Positions 30,526-43,808 are shown, counted from the stretch's first letter. The stretch is DNA of 64,000 bases from Octopus vulgaris (GCA_951406725.2 OX597824.1:88164001-88228000), one strand, 5' to 3'. Notes: generated from the letters alone by a model not told the origin. Program-made: numbers and translations.

Positions 30526-31309
30526 GTAAGTCTCACGGCTTTGATTTAAAGGGAATTCTTGCGATAAATAAGTTATTTTATTATTGAATAACACCAATGT
30601 ATCCCACTTTATACCTTTTCTAATAGCAACTGCAAGTAATTTACCAGAGTTTACTGTAACTATAGAAAATGTATTCTGATTACATTCAACGTTGTTACGC
30701 GCTATTTATACTAAACATTCGCGACTTCCTTTTTTTTTTTAGTTCATTAAGTTTTTACCTAATTAAATACGGTTTCAGTCCTAGAATTATTATAACCGTC
30801 ACAATCATCTACTGTAACTTTGTTTTCCGTTGTAAAACCCAGATTATATATTCTTATTGTCCATAATTGCCTTCAAAAGCTATAATATGACGTGTAGTCC
30901 TAAATACGCAATTTCTGACGGGGTGGGGAGTAATAATGGGATGGTGATGGTACCTAGGACACTTTTGATCACTGGGTTTGCTCATTCAGGGAAGATCTCT
31001 GGCTGAACAGCAGTAATAACATCATTGGGTCAATATAAAGTTTGAGACCCGCGACCGCATCTTTTTCGTTCTTCTACTTCTATTTTGTTGACGAAGAAAC
31101 AAGATGGAAGTAGAAGAACGAAAAAGATGCGCGCTTTTTTTCCGTCTTATTCCTTCAATATACGATGCCTTACACCGGTTACAGATATTTTTTTACATGT
31201 TGAAATCAATAAACAGTTCCGAATTTTTCTATACATAAAGACATGCAAAGGCCATGGCAATGACCAAAACAATTAGTGATTTTTATTCAGCTAAATATTT
31301 ATACTGGAT

Positions 31310-32318
31310 AATAATAATAATAATAATTGTGCACAGTGCTCAGGTGCACTACAACTCATCTAAAGTGTATATATAATCAGGTGTAGTTTCGGCGGATTTC
31401 GGAAAGCATGAGGGCCTTAAAAGATGCAGTGTCATGGCAGTCAACAACTGAAAGCAGGCAGTTTATTCCATGCTTCAGCAACTCTGAGCGTGAAAAAATG
31501 TTTCCGAAAGTCATGGGAGCTGTATTGTTTTCTGACTTTGTAGGCATGTCCACGTGTGTTAGACACATGGAGATCAAAAAGGTGTTCAGTGTTGTTGTTG
31601 GTGAGGTGGTTGATAACTTTGTGGGTGTTTACCAAGTCCGTCGCCAAACGCCGGAGCTTCAGTGAATCCATGCCCAGGGAAACAAGGCGCTCAGAATATG
31701 GTAGGTGTCTGATGGAGGGTATGCGTTTGGTTGCACGTCTCTGGACAGATTCCAGGAGGTCAATGTTCTGTGCAAGATAGGGGTTCCAAACTGATGATGC
31801 GAATTCCAAGTGTGGTCGTACCATAGCTGTATACAGTTTTAAATAGATGGCTGGAGAGCGGCTAACAAAAGACCTGCTGAGTGATGCCAAGACACCCTCG
31901 GCCTTCCTGACAATCTTAGAGATATGCTTTGACCAACGCAAATCACTGCTGACAGTGATGCCTAGGTCACGCTCACAAGAGGATCTCTTGATATCAGTGT
32001 TGTGGAGGGAGTATGTGAACGCAGGGTTTTTTCTCCCAAAATGCATGGTGGTACACTTGTCCACAGCCAGTTTCAGTTGCCAGTCTGTGATCCATTGCTG
32101 CATTGTGTCTAGGTCTGATTGCAGGAAAGAGTTGTAGACATCAGGATCTGTCCTCTTGATTTCAAGGTACAGCTTGATGTCGTCTGCATATTTCAATACT
32201 GTGGCATTCTTTAAATTGGCATCTATGTCGTTAATGTATGCCACAAACAAGAGGGGACCAAGGACAGATCCCTGTGGTACACCCGATGACATCTCATATG
32301 GTGTAGAGTGCTGTCCTA
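31310..32318 (-). mobile_element. 5'-truncated CR1-like LINE, reverse transcriptase C-terminal half with open frame
   Basis: 283-aa ORF SGVPQGSVLGPLLF...YADD...RDLG...VRPHLEF...QRRATK...TRGH; (ATT)n tail at about 31310-31327. Confidence 0.93.
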
Positions 32319-32802
32319 TTCTGTAAAAGCTGAATAAACTTCGTCAACAAAATGGAAGTAGAAGAACGAAAAAGATGCGCGCTTTTTTTCCGTCTTATTC
32401 CTTCAATATACGATGCCTTACACCGGTTACAGATATTTTTTTACATGTTTGCCATCCGGGCGTGGATCTATATATTAACCGATATATCTTTATATATAAA
32501 AGTGAGGTTGTGTGCTATCTGTCTCCTACGATTTAGATTCCTAACTACTCCCACATTTTGCGGTGCAGTTTAACCGAAACCGGGCGTTGAGGTTTATTGC
32601 TCGGATCCTCTACGGTTGATCGTGGGTATTTTCCGAGCCCCCCTCCCCACGCCCCCGTTTGTCAGCGCGCATTTTTTTCTCGATATTTGTTGTATATACA
32701 TTGCATGAGAAGTATTTAGACGGTTTCTGTTGCGCGCCTGCGACCGGGCGTTGAGGTTTATTGCTCGGATCCTCTACGGTTGATCGTGGGAATTTTCCGA
32801 AG

Positions 32803-33193
32803 AAAAACCTGGGATCTAAAGGCCTTCAGATTAACTTATCAAAGACTAAGGTCCTAGTAAGCAAGAGAACTGACTAGATTTTACCCCTCTCAGGTTGGTT
32901 GCCCTGTTTGATTTGCAGGAACTCCATACTGTGTACCCAGTGTAAGCTGTGGACACGCAAGAGGTGCAATAGATTAATAGGAAGGTTATCAAAGAAGATA
33001 ATTTGCATGTGTGGAAGACGCACAGGAGCCATAAAAACTTTTAGAGACTCGGGAAATTGATTCTCTCAAATGCCCTGGCGGCTCATTCAAAGTAGTAGAT
33101 AATTTCTGCTACTTAGGGGACCAAATTCACAGTGGGAGAAGATGCACAGAGTGTGTGATGGCTAGAATAAGAATAGGATGGAGGAAGTTCAGA
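32803..33193 (+). mobile_element. RTE-clade LINE internal fragment
   Basis: KGLQINLSKTKVLV, Cys-rich PCLICRNSILCTQCKLW, then VVDNFCYLGD...ARIRIGWRKFR. Confidence 0.7.
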
Positions 33194-33774
33194 CGATGTA
33201 TGTTAATTGATGATGAATGTTTATTATACAGCACATTATAGATATAAGGCCAACAGAGTTATTTATATAATAAACACAAGTTGAATATACAATCAAGTGT
33301 CGTTTAAGTGGTGTATATAACAGTTGAAAATGTAGTAATTTAGTTTTCGTTTTTTATTCTGGCTTGAAGCTACCCACATACATCAACAAACAGGTGTTAA
33401 TGTAATCATCATCGTTTAATGTCTGTTTTGCGCGCTAGCACGGGTTGGACGGTTCGACCAGGGTCTGGGAAGCCAGGAGGCTGCACCAGGCTCCAGTCTG
33501 ATCTGGCAGTGTTTCTACAGCTGGATGCCCTCTGTGAGTGTAGTGGGTGCTTTTTACGTGCCACCTGCACAGGTGCCAGGGGGGTCTGGCATCGGCCACG
33601 ATCGGTTGGTGCTTTTAACGTGCCACCGGCACGGAAGCCAGCCAAGGCGGCGCTGGCATCGGCCACGTTCGGATGGTGCTGTTTATGTGCCACCGTCACA
33701 GAAGCCAGTCGAGGCGGCACTGACAAAAAAAAACACTGATGGAAAGCTTATTGGACAATATTTTCAAGGATTAA

Positions 33775-33995
33775 CCCTCTAGCATTTAAACCAGCCATAT
33801 CCGGCCAAAAGTATTCTGCCTGTTTTATGTTTAAACTGGCCATATCTGGTCTCTCACACCAACCCTACAATATCGTCTTAAAAATTAACAGCTACCTCAT
33901 CAAAATCTCATGGCACCAAGATAATGCATGATTAGTTCAAAACAATGTGGATAAAAAAGCATTAATTTTGGCAGAATAATGCAAACACTAAAGGG
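33775..33995. mobile_element. piggyBac-type MITE
   Basis: TTAA-CCCTCTAG ... CTAAAGGG-TTAA termini. Confidence 0.75.
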
Positions 33996-34249
33996 TTAAG
34001 GTGGCCAGCAGTCAGAATCATTAGTATGTCAAGCAGAATGTTTAGCAGCGTTTCGTCTGCCTTTTACATTCTGAGCTTGAATTCCACCAAAGTCAACTTC
34101 ACCTTTCATCCTTTAAGGGTCAATAAAACAAGTATCAATTGAACACTAGGGTTGATGTAAACCCACTGCCCTGAAATTGCTGGCCTTCTGCCAAAACTTG
34201 AAACCAATATTTTCAACAATTTCTCAATTTCCTTTTTTAGGTATAAATC

Positions 34250-34372
34250 ATGTCTACTTCACAGAAGTTCAGAAATTTTGTTGATGAGCCTATGGGTGAT
34301 AAATCTGTTAAGCAGCTGGCTGGAATTGGCGATACTTTAGGAGACAGACTGATTGAAAAGGGCTATGAAAAG
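34250..34372 (+). CDS. BANF1: Barrier-to-autointegration factor, coding exon 1 (aa 1-41)
   Basis: MSTSQKFRNFVDEPMGDKSVKQLAGIGDTLGDRLIEKGYEK matches the BAF N-terminus; acceptor ttttttag at 34240, phase-0 donor GT at 34373. Confidence 0.97.
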
Positions 34373-36156
34373 GTTTGGTATATAATATCTATTTTCCAAA
34401 AATATTAGTTGAATATTTAGTTTGTGATGAAAATCTTCCTTTTCTTCATACTGTCAGGCTTTTAGTACCCTTAACACTGGTTTAAAAACTGATACTGTAT
34501 AAAGGGATCAGTTTGTTCCTGGCAGCTAACCCCTCCTGTGCTGGTGGCACAACATTCTTCTCATTGCATAACAATGGTTGGTTAAAGTAAGCATATTCAG
34601 AGAGCTATTAGCTTTATTAATAACAAAAAGTCTCTCTCTCTCAGAGTGAAAGATCTATTGTATTGTGTGCTTGTATACAAACAACAATGCTAAATGGTAG
34701 TGAGACATGGTGAATGTACAGTAAATGCAAAGACTAGAGGGAAAGGAAAATACTGTGTTCTGTTGATTGTGTGGAAGAGAAATTAGTGATGGGTAGCTGA
34801 TGTAACTGAGGCGATTAGTAATTAAGCTTATACAAGCTATGGGCAACCTGACAGTAACTGTTATCTCTGCATGTGCAGCCCAGTCAGGACTGACAGATGA
34901 GCTAAAATGTCAGTTTCTGGAAGGCCCTCTTGCAAACTATTTTGACAACAAACTGCAGTGACTGCATTCCCAATTAAGGATTAAGGGATACATTGACTAA
35001 AACCATGATGGCTATTTGTTTGTATATATAGAGTCTCGGGCTACAGTATTTAGAATAATCAGAGATCAAGGCTCTTGTGGTTCTGGGATGCAAATGAGCT
35101 AATATCAGGTTGTGAATACAAGTCCTGCTGTACTAAAGAATTGCTATTTATTTTCTTATCTCTGAATGATTGGAAAAAAAGCTGCATCAGAGATATTTGG
35201 GAACTATTTTCTTGGTGACCGGTAAATTCCACCATAGGTGAAGTTATCATTATTATTTTTGTTATCATCATTATTGTATTATATGGGTTACAATATTATG
35301 GAAATAAAAGAAGAATGCATAACAAATAATATCAATAATGGGAATAAATACAAAGAGAAATAATTAAGGGACAATCACATGAAGATATATGTGGTGAATA
35401 CAGTGTATACAAAAGTTTAATCTTTTCTTTCTTTGTTCCCAAATTACATTATTTTTGAAATTTTGTGATGAGCCTTTTTCATAGATTCTTGCTCAATGGG
35501 AACACATTAAAGTGATCCCATCTCAATTCAAATAGATTCATCATCATCATCATCGTTTAATGTCCGTTTTCCATGCTAGCATGGGTTGGACAGTTCAACT
35601 GGGGTCTGGGAGGCCAGAAGGCTGCGCCAGGCCCAGTCTGATCTGGCAGTGTTTCTACAGCTGGATGCCCTTCCTAACGCCAACCACTCCGTGAGTGTGG
35701 TGGGTGCTTTTTACGTGCCACCTGCACAGGTGCCAGACAAGGCTGGCAAATGGCCACGATCGGATGGTGCTTTTTACGTGCCACCGGTACGGGGCCAGAC
35801 GAGGCTGGCAACGGCCACAATCGGATGGTGCATTTTACGTGCCACTGGCACGGAGGCCAGTCGGGGCGGCGCTGGCACAGACTCTCTTTCTATCTTTCTC
35901 TCCCCCCTCTCTCTCTCTCGGCTTCAGTGAGAGACAGATTAAATAACATAGGTATTGACCAATGATCTAGAGAAACTGACCACAGTGATTATTAGTGGGA
36001 GCAGCTTATTTTGGATGTCTGTCCATGGGTGGAATTTACCATGGTAGAATATACCGTGGCGGAATTTACCTACAACCATTTTCTTGTTAATAACAAACGT
36101 ATTAGAAATGTTGCAAAATTTTCTAATTTAACACTTTCTCTTTTCTTTTTATTCAG

Positions 36157-36303
36157 GCCTATAACGTTTTGGGTCAGTTCCTTCTTCTAAACAAAGATGA
36201 AGAATTGTTTAAAGACTGGATCTCAGAGACAATTAATGCCAATGCAAAGCAGGGAAGAGATTGCTTTAATTGTCTGAAGACATGGTGTGACAATTATCTG
36301 TAA
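36157..36303 (+). CDS. BANF1: Barrier-to-autointegration factor, coding exon 2 (aa 42-89 and stop)
   Basis: [48 protein letters not shown]; polypyrimidine tract plus CAG acceptor; total 89 aa like human BAF. Confidence 0.97.
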   Translation, partial: AYNVLGQFLLLNKDEELFKDWISETINANAKQGRDCFNCLKTWCDNYL

Positions 36304-36394
36304 AGAAAAGTTTTCATTTTATGTTTTGTTAGAAAATATCCACCAGATAATAGATTTTTAAGTAATTCATTTCACTTTCATATGTAAACGCTTT

Positions 36395-36400
36395 AATAAA
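36395..36400 (+). terminator. Polyadenylation signal of the BAF gene
   Basis: AATAAA about 90 nt after the stop codon, followed by T-rich sequence. Confidence 0.6.
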
Positions 36401-36474
36401 GTCTATTTATTATTAAAATTGTTTGCTTTTTAAAAGTTCTTTAATCTTGTATTTATGAAAGTGAAATCAAAGCT

Positions 36475-38978
36475 AGGAGTCTTCATACCCAAGCTGGCCG
36501 ATCACACTGCGAGTCTCCGAGAACTAAACAAAGATGACGTAGAGTTTGATTGGTGTGCTTCACACACACAGGATTTCAAAGCAATCAGAAAGCTCATCAG
36601 TAAAAGCCTTGTGAGTGGATTTGGTAGACGGAAACTGAAAGAAGCCTGTCGTATATATGTGTGTGCGTGTATGTTTGTGTTTGTCCCCCTAGCATTGCTT
36701 GACAACCGATGCTGGTGTGTTTATGTCCCCGTCACTTAGCGGTTCGGCAAAAGAGACCGATAGTATAAGTACTGGGCTTACAACGAACAAGTCCCGGGGT
36801 CGAGTTGCTCGATTAAAGGCGGTGCTCCAGCATGGCCGCAGTCAAATGACTGAAACAAGTAAAAGAGTAAGGGGACAACTCTGCAGTACTATGACAGACG
36901 CAAACCAGTAACACTCCAAGTCGATGCTTCTATGAGAGGAGTTGGCGCAGCATTGATACAAGAAGGTAAACCCATTGCATATGCCTCGAAAGCTCTCTCA
37001 CCCACAGAGACAAGGTATGCAAATATTGAAAGGGAACTCCTGGCAGTAGTATATGGATGTGAAAAGTTCCAGACATTTCAATATTGAATCAGACCATCTT
37101 GAACAAATACACAAAAAAATCTCACGAAAGCACCAGCCAGACTGCAAAGATTACTGTTATTTCTTTATTGCCCACAAAGGGCTAAATATAGAAGGGACAG
37201 ACAAGGAGATTAAGTCGATTACATCGCCCCCAATGCGTAACTGGTACTTAATTTATCGACCCTGAAAGGATGGAAGGCAAAGTTGACCTTGGCGGAATTT
37301 GAACTCAGAACGTAAAGACTGCTGCTAAGCATTTCGCCCAGCGTGCTAACGTTTCTGCCAGCTCGCCGCCTTACTGTTGAGGCTCCAAAAGTACGACTAC
37401 GATATCAGGTACAAGCCAGGAAAAGACCTGATATTGGCGGATGCTCTTTCCAGACTATCCTCACATGATAAACAGGAGATGGAAGGACTAAGCATAAAGG
37501 TCCACCACATTGTAAATGCAACAAACACAAAGCTAGCACAAATCAAAGAGGAGACCAGCAAAGATGAAGAACTCCAGCTCCTTACTCAGATGGTGATTCA
37601 GGGGTGGCCAGAAAAGAGACATCAGGTGCAGCCCCTCATTCGTGAATATTGGGCCATCCATGATGATATATCAGTGGAGAATGGAATCCTGATGGCTGTA
37701 TCCCGAATAATTATACCCCAATCAATGCAAAAAGAGATTCTTGACAAGATCCACCAAGGGCATCTAGGAATGGAGAAATGCAAGCTCCGAGCCAAGTCAG
37801 CAGTATATTGGGTAGGCATGTACAAAGACATAGAAAAGATAGTTTCTGCATGCCAGAAACTCACAAAAAAAGGAGGAAATGATAGCCTGTGACATCGCAA
37901 GAAGTCCATGGCAAGCTATTGGAGTAGATCTGTTCACAGAGAGCCAAGAATGGTATTTGATAATGGTCTGCTACTACTCCAAATTTCCATTTGTGAGAAA
38001 AGTAAAAGACCTCAGAGCCAAAACAATCACTACAGTGGTTTGAGGACTTCTAGCAGAGCAAGGAATACCAGAGCAGATCATATGTGACAATGGAACCCAG
38101 TTCACATCGCAAGAATTCAAAAAGCTAGCCGATGAGAATGGGTTCAATATTACAACCTCATCTCCACACTACCCCAAAGGTCATGGATTTATAGAAAGAC
38201 AGTGAAATGCCGAGAGACTAAGGAAGACCCACACCTGGCACTTCTGTCCCTACGAGCGACACCGCTGAAGGCTGACATGAAATCCCCAGCAGAATTGCTG
38301 AATGGCAGGAAGTACAAAACCACCCTTGCCAACTAAGATCCAACCTCCTATTGACTAGGAAGAGACAAGGGCAAAGCTAGCAGCCACTTAAGAACAATCA
38401 CAGAAATATTACAACAAACATGCACAGTACTTACCTGAGATACTTGGAGGACAACATGTGCATACTCAAGATCCCATAACTAAAACATGGATCCCAGCAC
38501 AGGTTGTCAGTAGAGCTGAAACTCCAAGATCGTATATAATATAAACGGAATCTGGTAGGCAGCTGAGACGCAATAGGGTCTACATCCGCCCAACATCAAA
38601 GCTGTCGAGGATAATGTTTACAATACCACCCGCATCAGTGACAACACCCACAGAATCATCACCCACAACGGGCACCAACCACCCATCAGCAGCCCGACAA
38701 CACACCTTAGACACCAGTGCGGAACACAAAATCCACCAGATGGGGGTCGAACATTCTGCCACCGGTTCCATACCGTTAAAGAGAAAAAAGAAGAAAAAGA
38801 AAAGATAACTAATTCTGCTAGATTACAAAGCAGAAAACCACGTGAGTAGGTAGAATAATCTCACGGTTTCTGCTGCAGGATTACCAACCTTGCGCTGACA
38901 ATCCATTAGAGTAAGGGAGACTACTTATATTTTTCTTCACTGCCAAAAGACCCCTTTATTTTTTTCAAGAAGAAGGGA
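36475..38978 (+). mobile_element. Decayed Ty3/Gypsy pol (RT end, RNase H, integrase) and 3' UTR with polypurine tract
   Basis: FIPKLADHTASLREL, LQVDASMRGVGAALIQEGKPIAYAS, RYANIERELLAVV, LADALSR, HQGHLGMEKC...YWVGM, GVDLF, CDNGTQF; PPT aagaagaaggga at 38967-38978; stops and frameshifts; two SINE insertions. Confidence 0.92.
37158..37370 (-). mobile_element. SINE family B inserted in Gypsy pol
   Basis: 8-bp TSD ttactgtt on both sides. Confidence 0.88.
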
Positions 38979-39206
38979 TGCTACACATTCATATCTTTGT
39001 GTATACTTGTGTAGAATATATCCCCACTTTTGGCACTATTTGTTTGTAAACAGTATGAGCTGTGTCTAAAGCGGATACGCACAATGCATATCACTCCGCT
39101 ATATATTGACAGTTCGCAAAACAGGTTAAGCAAAATAAACACATAAAATAACAATGCTTTCATTGAGTTGTCTATCATCCCACCAAGAATGAAACAATGC
39201 ATAACA
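38979..39206 (+). mobile_element. 3' LTR of the Gypsy element
   Basis: Begins TG directly after the PPT, contains AATAAA, ends TAACA. Confidence 0.75.
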
Positions 39207-39654
39207 TATATATATATATATACATCTATATGTACATGTCTATCTATATATATATATATATATATATACATTTAAATTTAAAATAATAAAGGTGAAAAAT
39301 TGAATATTAATTTGATTAATATGAATTGAAAACCAGTGGTGTAGCATATAAGACCATAGCGGATCTTCTTCTAGCAAAATGGATGTCCACTGTTAATGGT
39401 TAATAGTTCATTCCTGTTATTTAATAGTTTCGCCTTAATAGTTTCAGTATTAAAGTGAAAGCATCTGACATCACAATAGAGAGATGTTTTTGTTTCACTT
39501 TTAACACGTAATACTGAAATAGTAGAGAAGATATGATATTGCTGTGGGCTCGCCCTAGGCAAGAAGTTACCCTAAGTAAGGCATGTGTAAAATTTGAATG
39601 AAATTGGTTGTGTAGATCTCAAGTTTTAGGGCTTCACACAGACACACATTCTCA

Positions 39655-39751
<97 letters not shown>

Positions 39752-39764
39752 CAGCACAAGGTTT

Positions 39765-39811
39765 TGTCAGTGAACAGGTCGCAGTTTCAAAGCAACGAAA
39801 ATATTTTGACA
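39765..39811 (+). ncRNA. Variant minimal hammerhead motif with G3-C8 core pair
   Basis: UGUCA-GUGAACA-G-GUCGC(aguuucaaa)GCAAC-GAAA-AUA-UUU-UGACA. Confidence 0.55.
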
Positions 39812-41881
39812 CAAATTAAATTTAAATGTCGGGGTTGATTTGCTCGACTAAAGGTGGTGCTCCAGCATGGCCGCAGTCAAATGACTGAAACAAGTAAAAG
39901 AGTAAAGAGAGAGTAACCACTGATGTAGGATATGATTATATCATAAATCTAATGTGCAAAAACAGGTGGGAGTGTCCACATTCATACAATTCTTTATTGC
40001 CCACAAGGGGCTAAACATAGAGGGGGCAAACAAGGACAGAGAAAGGGACTCAATTGATTGCATCGACCTCAGTACATAACTAGTACTTATTTAATCGACC
40101 CCGAAAGGATGAAAGGCAAAGTCGACCTCGGCAGAATTTGAACTCAGAACATAACGGCTGACGAAATACCTATTTCTTTACTACCCACAAGGGGCTAAAC
40201 ACAGAGGAGATAAACAAGGACACAAACGTTTCTTATTTCTTTATTGCCCACAAGGGGCTAAACATAGAAGGGACAAACAAGGACAGACAAAGGGATTAAG
40301 TCAATTACATCGACCCCAGTGTGTAACTGGTACTTAATTTATCGACCTCCAAAAGGATGAAAGGCAAAGTCGACCTCGGCGGAATTTGAACTCAGAACAT
40401 AGCGGCAGACGAAATACCACTAAGCATTTCGCCCAGCGTGCTAACGTTTCTGCCAGCTCGCCGCCCTGTCCATATTCATACAAACATGATATGAATCTAC
40501 AAAACCAAAGTTCAAGTTTCTAAGAAAATTTGATGCATGTTAGTATGTATGTGTGTGCATCACCCAATTATTTTTTCATTATAAATTCTGATATAATCAT
40601 ATTCTACATCATCTAAATGGTATTTGTAGAAAATCTTATCAATAATAGCTAATTTTTTAAAGCTAGAAAATTACTATTTGTAGTGCCGGTGGCACGTAAG
40701 GGAACCATCCGAACGTGGCCGTAGCTAGCGCCACCCTGACTGGCCTCCGTGCTGGTGGCACGTAAAAAGCACCATCCAATCGTGGCCGTTGCCAGCCTCG
40801 TCTGGCACCTGTGCCAGTGAACGTAAAAAGCACCCACTACATTCACGAAGTGGTTGGTGTTAGGAAGGGCATCCAGTTGCAGAAACACTGCCAGATCAGA
40901 CTGGGCCTAGTGCAACCTTCTGGCTTCCCAGACACCAGTTGAACCGTCCAACCCATGCTAGCATGGAAAGCAGACGTTAAACGATGATGATGATGACAAC
41001 GTGAGATATTCAGCAACAGTACTTTGGAGTAAAGATTGTTTGCCAACATAACATGGCAGTCCTGGTTTAGGACGAATGTTGCTGTAATTTAGCTCCATGA
41101 GACATCGTCTCCAGCTGGCTATACGACACGATCGGTGTCCTTATATTTTCAAAACAAAGTCAGAGGTGGGGGTACAGTTGTGTCGTTATATCTGTATATG
41201 CTTGAGGCACCCCTTATAATCCCTGATAACTTTTTCTTTATCAAATTTTCACACGGAATTCATTCAATAAGAATGTTAAAAACTCCCATCCACATAAATC
41301 CTCAAATTGTTGCTCTTTTTCAATTTTTCTTTATATTCAGAGTTTAAAATATGGAGTCTGAAATTTTTGATTAAATCCCAGCAATGGACTATTAATTGTG
41401 CTTATGGGGAGAAAAATATTGAAAAAAAAAATCAATATATCTCACAATGACAAAGAAATGGGGACAGTATCAGGTGGTCGTTAGATGTGCTAAAAATAAC
41501 AGCTAAATCTCCTTTAAATCACACACACAAAAGTTAATTTTTTCTTCGTCTTTTGCATAATTGTATCAATTGTATCATAATTGTACAGAACACCAGTTCG
41601 CAAAAAGTTTCTAAAAATTCTAAAACAATAAAAGAAATTATGAGATTTATATGGGATGCTTAAAACCAGAATTCCGCCTGCTCGAAACTCAAGGCCCTTG
41701 AGTCACTATGACGGTTGTACTCTTTTACTTGTTTCAGTCATTTGACTGCGGCCATGCTGGAGCACCGCCTTTAGTGGAGCAAATCAACCCCGGGACTTAT
41801 TCTTTGTAAGCTTATTCTATCGATCCCTTTTGCCAAACTGCTAAGTGACAGGGACGTAAACACACCAGCATCGGTTTTCAA

Positions 41882-41924
<43 letters not shown>

Positions 41925-42792
41925 CATATATACGACAGGCTTCTTTCAGTTTCCATCTACCAAATCCACTCACAAGGCATTGGTCGGCCCGGGGCTATAG
42001 CAGAAGACACTTGCCCAAGATGCCACGCAGTGGGACTGAACCCGGAACCATGTGGTTGGTTAGCAAGCTACTTACCACACAGCCACTCCTGCGCCCATTA
42101 TTAAAGAAAAAAATAAACCCATTTTCATGTTTTGAGTTCTGTTTTCCTGAACCAGTTGCTAAGTGACCCACCTGTGAGGGATCGATGCCAGATGTAGCGA
42201 AACAACTATCGTGATTAATAAAAATTCTCGTATATTCGATCTTCAGTCTTTCATTTACCATTTACCATACACACACAAAGTATGGGAGTTTACTCTTTTA
42301 CTTGTTTCAGTCATTTGACTGCGGCCATGCTGGAGCACCGCCTTTAATCGAGCAACTCGATAAGCCCAGTACTTATTCTATCGGTCTCTTTTGCCGAACC
42401 ACTAAGTAACGGGGACATAAACATACCAGCATTGGTTGTCAAGCAATGCTAGGGGGACAAACACACACATATATACATATATCGCCTTAAGGGCGATCTT
42501 TCGTTTGTAGTAGCACGTTTCCATCGATGATTTCCGTAAAAAACTTTTATTTTTTTACATATGGGCTTGCGGGAACATTTGAAGTAATGAGAGCGAAAGA
42601 GACTAAGAGGAAGCGATTTTATGACGAGGGAATTTCTTTTGAAGTTACCGAAGCATTGATGTACATGTGTGTGTGTGCGCGCGTGTGTGTCTGTTTGATG
42701 GGGTGTGTGAGACAGACAGTATGTTGTGTAAGTGAAGTGCTTCTGTTAGTGTGTGTGAAGAGACAGAGAGAGTAATGTGTGAAAGAGAGAGA

Positions 42793-43205
42793 TAACTGAA
42801 TTTTTTTACTCGGTGTAAGTGTATATGTATGTATGCATGTATGTGTGTGTGTGTATGTATCTATGTATGTGTGTGTGTATGTATGTGTGTATGTATCTAT
42901 GTATGTGTGTATGTATGTATGTATGTATGTATGGCCGATTCAGTGTAATTATTTACTCGGTGTATGTGTATATGTATGTCTGAATGTATGTGTGTGTAAG
43001 TATATGTGTGTGTATGTGTATATGTATGTATGTATGTATGGCCGATTCAGTGTACACTGAATCGGCCATACATACATACACACACACATACATACATACA
43101 TACACACACACATACACACACACACACACATACATAGATACATACACACACACACATACATGCATACATACATACACACATACACCGAGTAAAAAATTTC
43201 AGTTA
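42793..43205. repeat. Duplicated unit plus spacerless palindrome
   Basis: X (42793-42948), X' (42952-43053), inverted X (43054-43205); centre ggccgattcagtgt|acactgaatcggcc. Confidence 0.88.
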
Positions 43206-43418
43206 AGAATTAAACACGTCCGAAAATTGTAATTTACAGTGTTACCTTATTACAGTATTTATGTTGCTTAACAATAAGGTGACTTATGTATGCATCTTTA
43301 CTAGTTATTTCCCCCTTAATTTTATTTACTTTTTAAAAATCACTCAACTGAACAATTACCTGTATATCTATCTATCTGTCTATCTATCTGTCTGTCTGTC
43401 TCTCTATCTATCTGTCTG

Positions 43419-43493
<75 letters not shown>

Positions 43494-43498
43494 GCCTG

Positions 43499-43545
<47 letters not shown>

Positions 43546-43808
43546 GCCTGTCTATCTATCTATGTATGTCTCTCTCTCTCTCTCTCTCTCTCTGTTTCTC
43601 TTTCTCTCTCTCTCTATATATATATACTTATTAATATATATATATACTTATTAATCCGAGGGGAGGCAATGTGAGCAGCAACTAAAGGAACATTACAAAA
43701 TCCACAGAAAGATCAAACACATACACATATTCATATATTCATTTATATCTACAGAACAGATATAAAGTCCGACGTTTTAAAAATATAGTAATATATAAAT
43801 ATCATATA

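Noticed and set aside
36303-39206. Functional link between BAF and the adjacent Gypsy integrase
   Set aside because: The element is decayed and transposon remnants fill the whole window, so adjacency carries no information.
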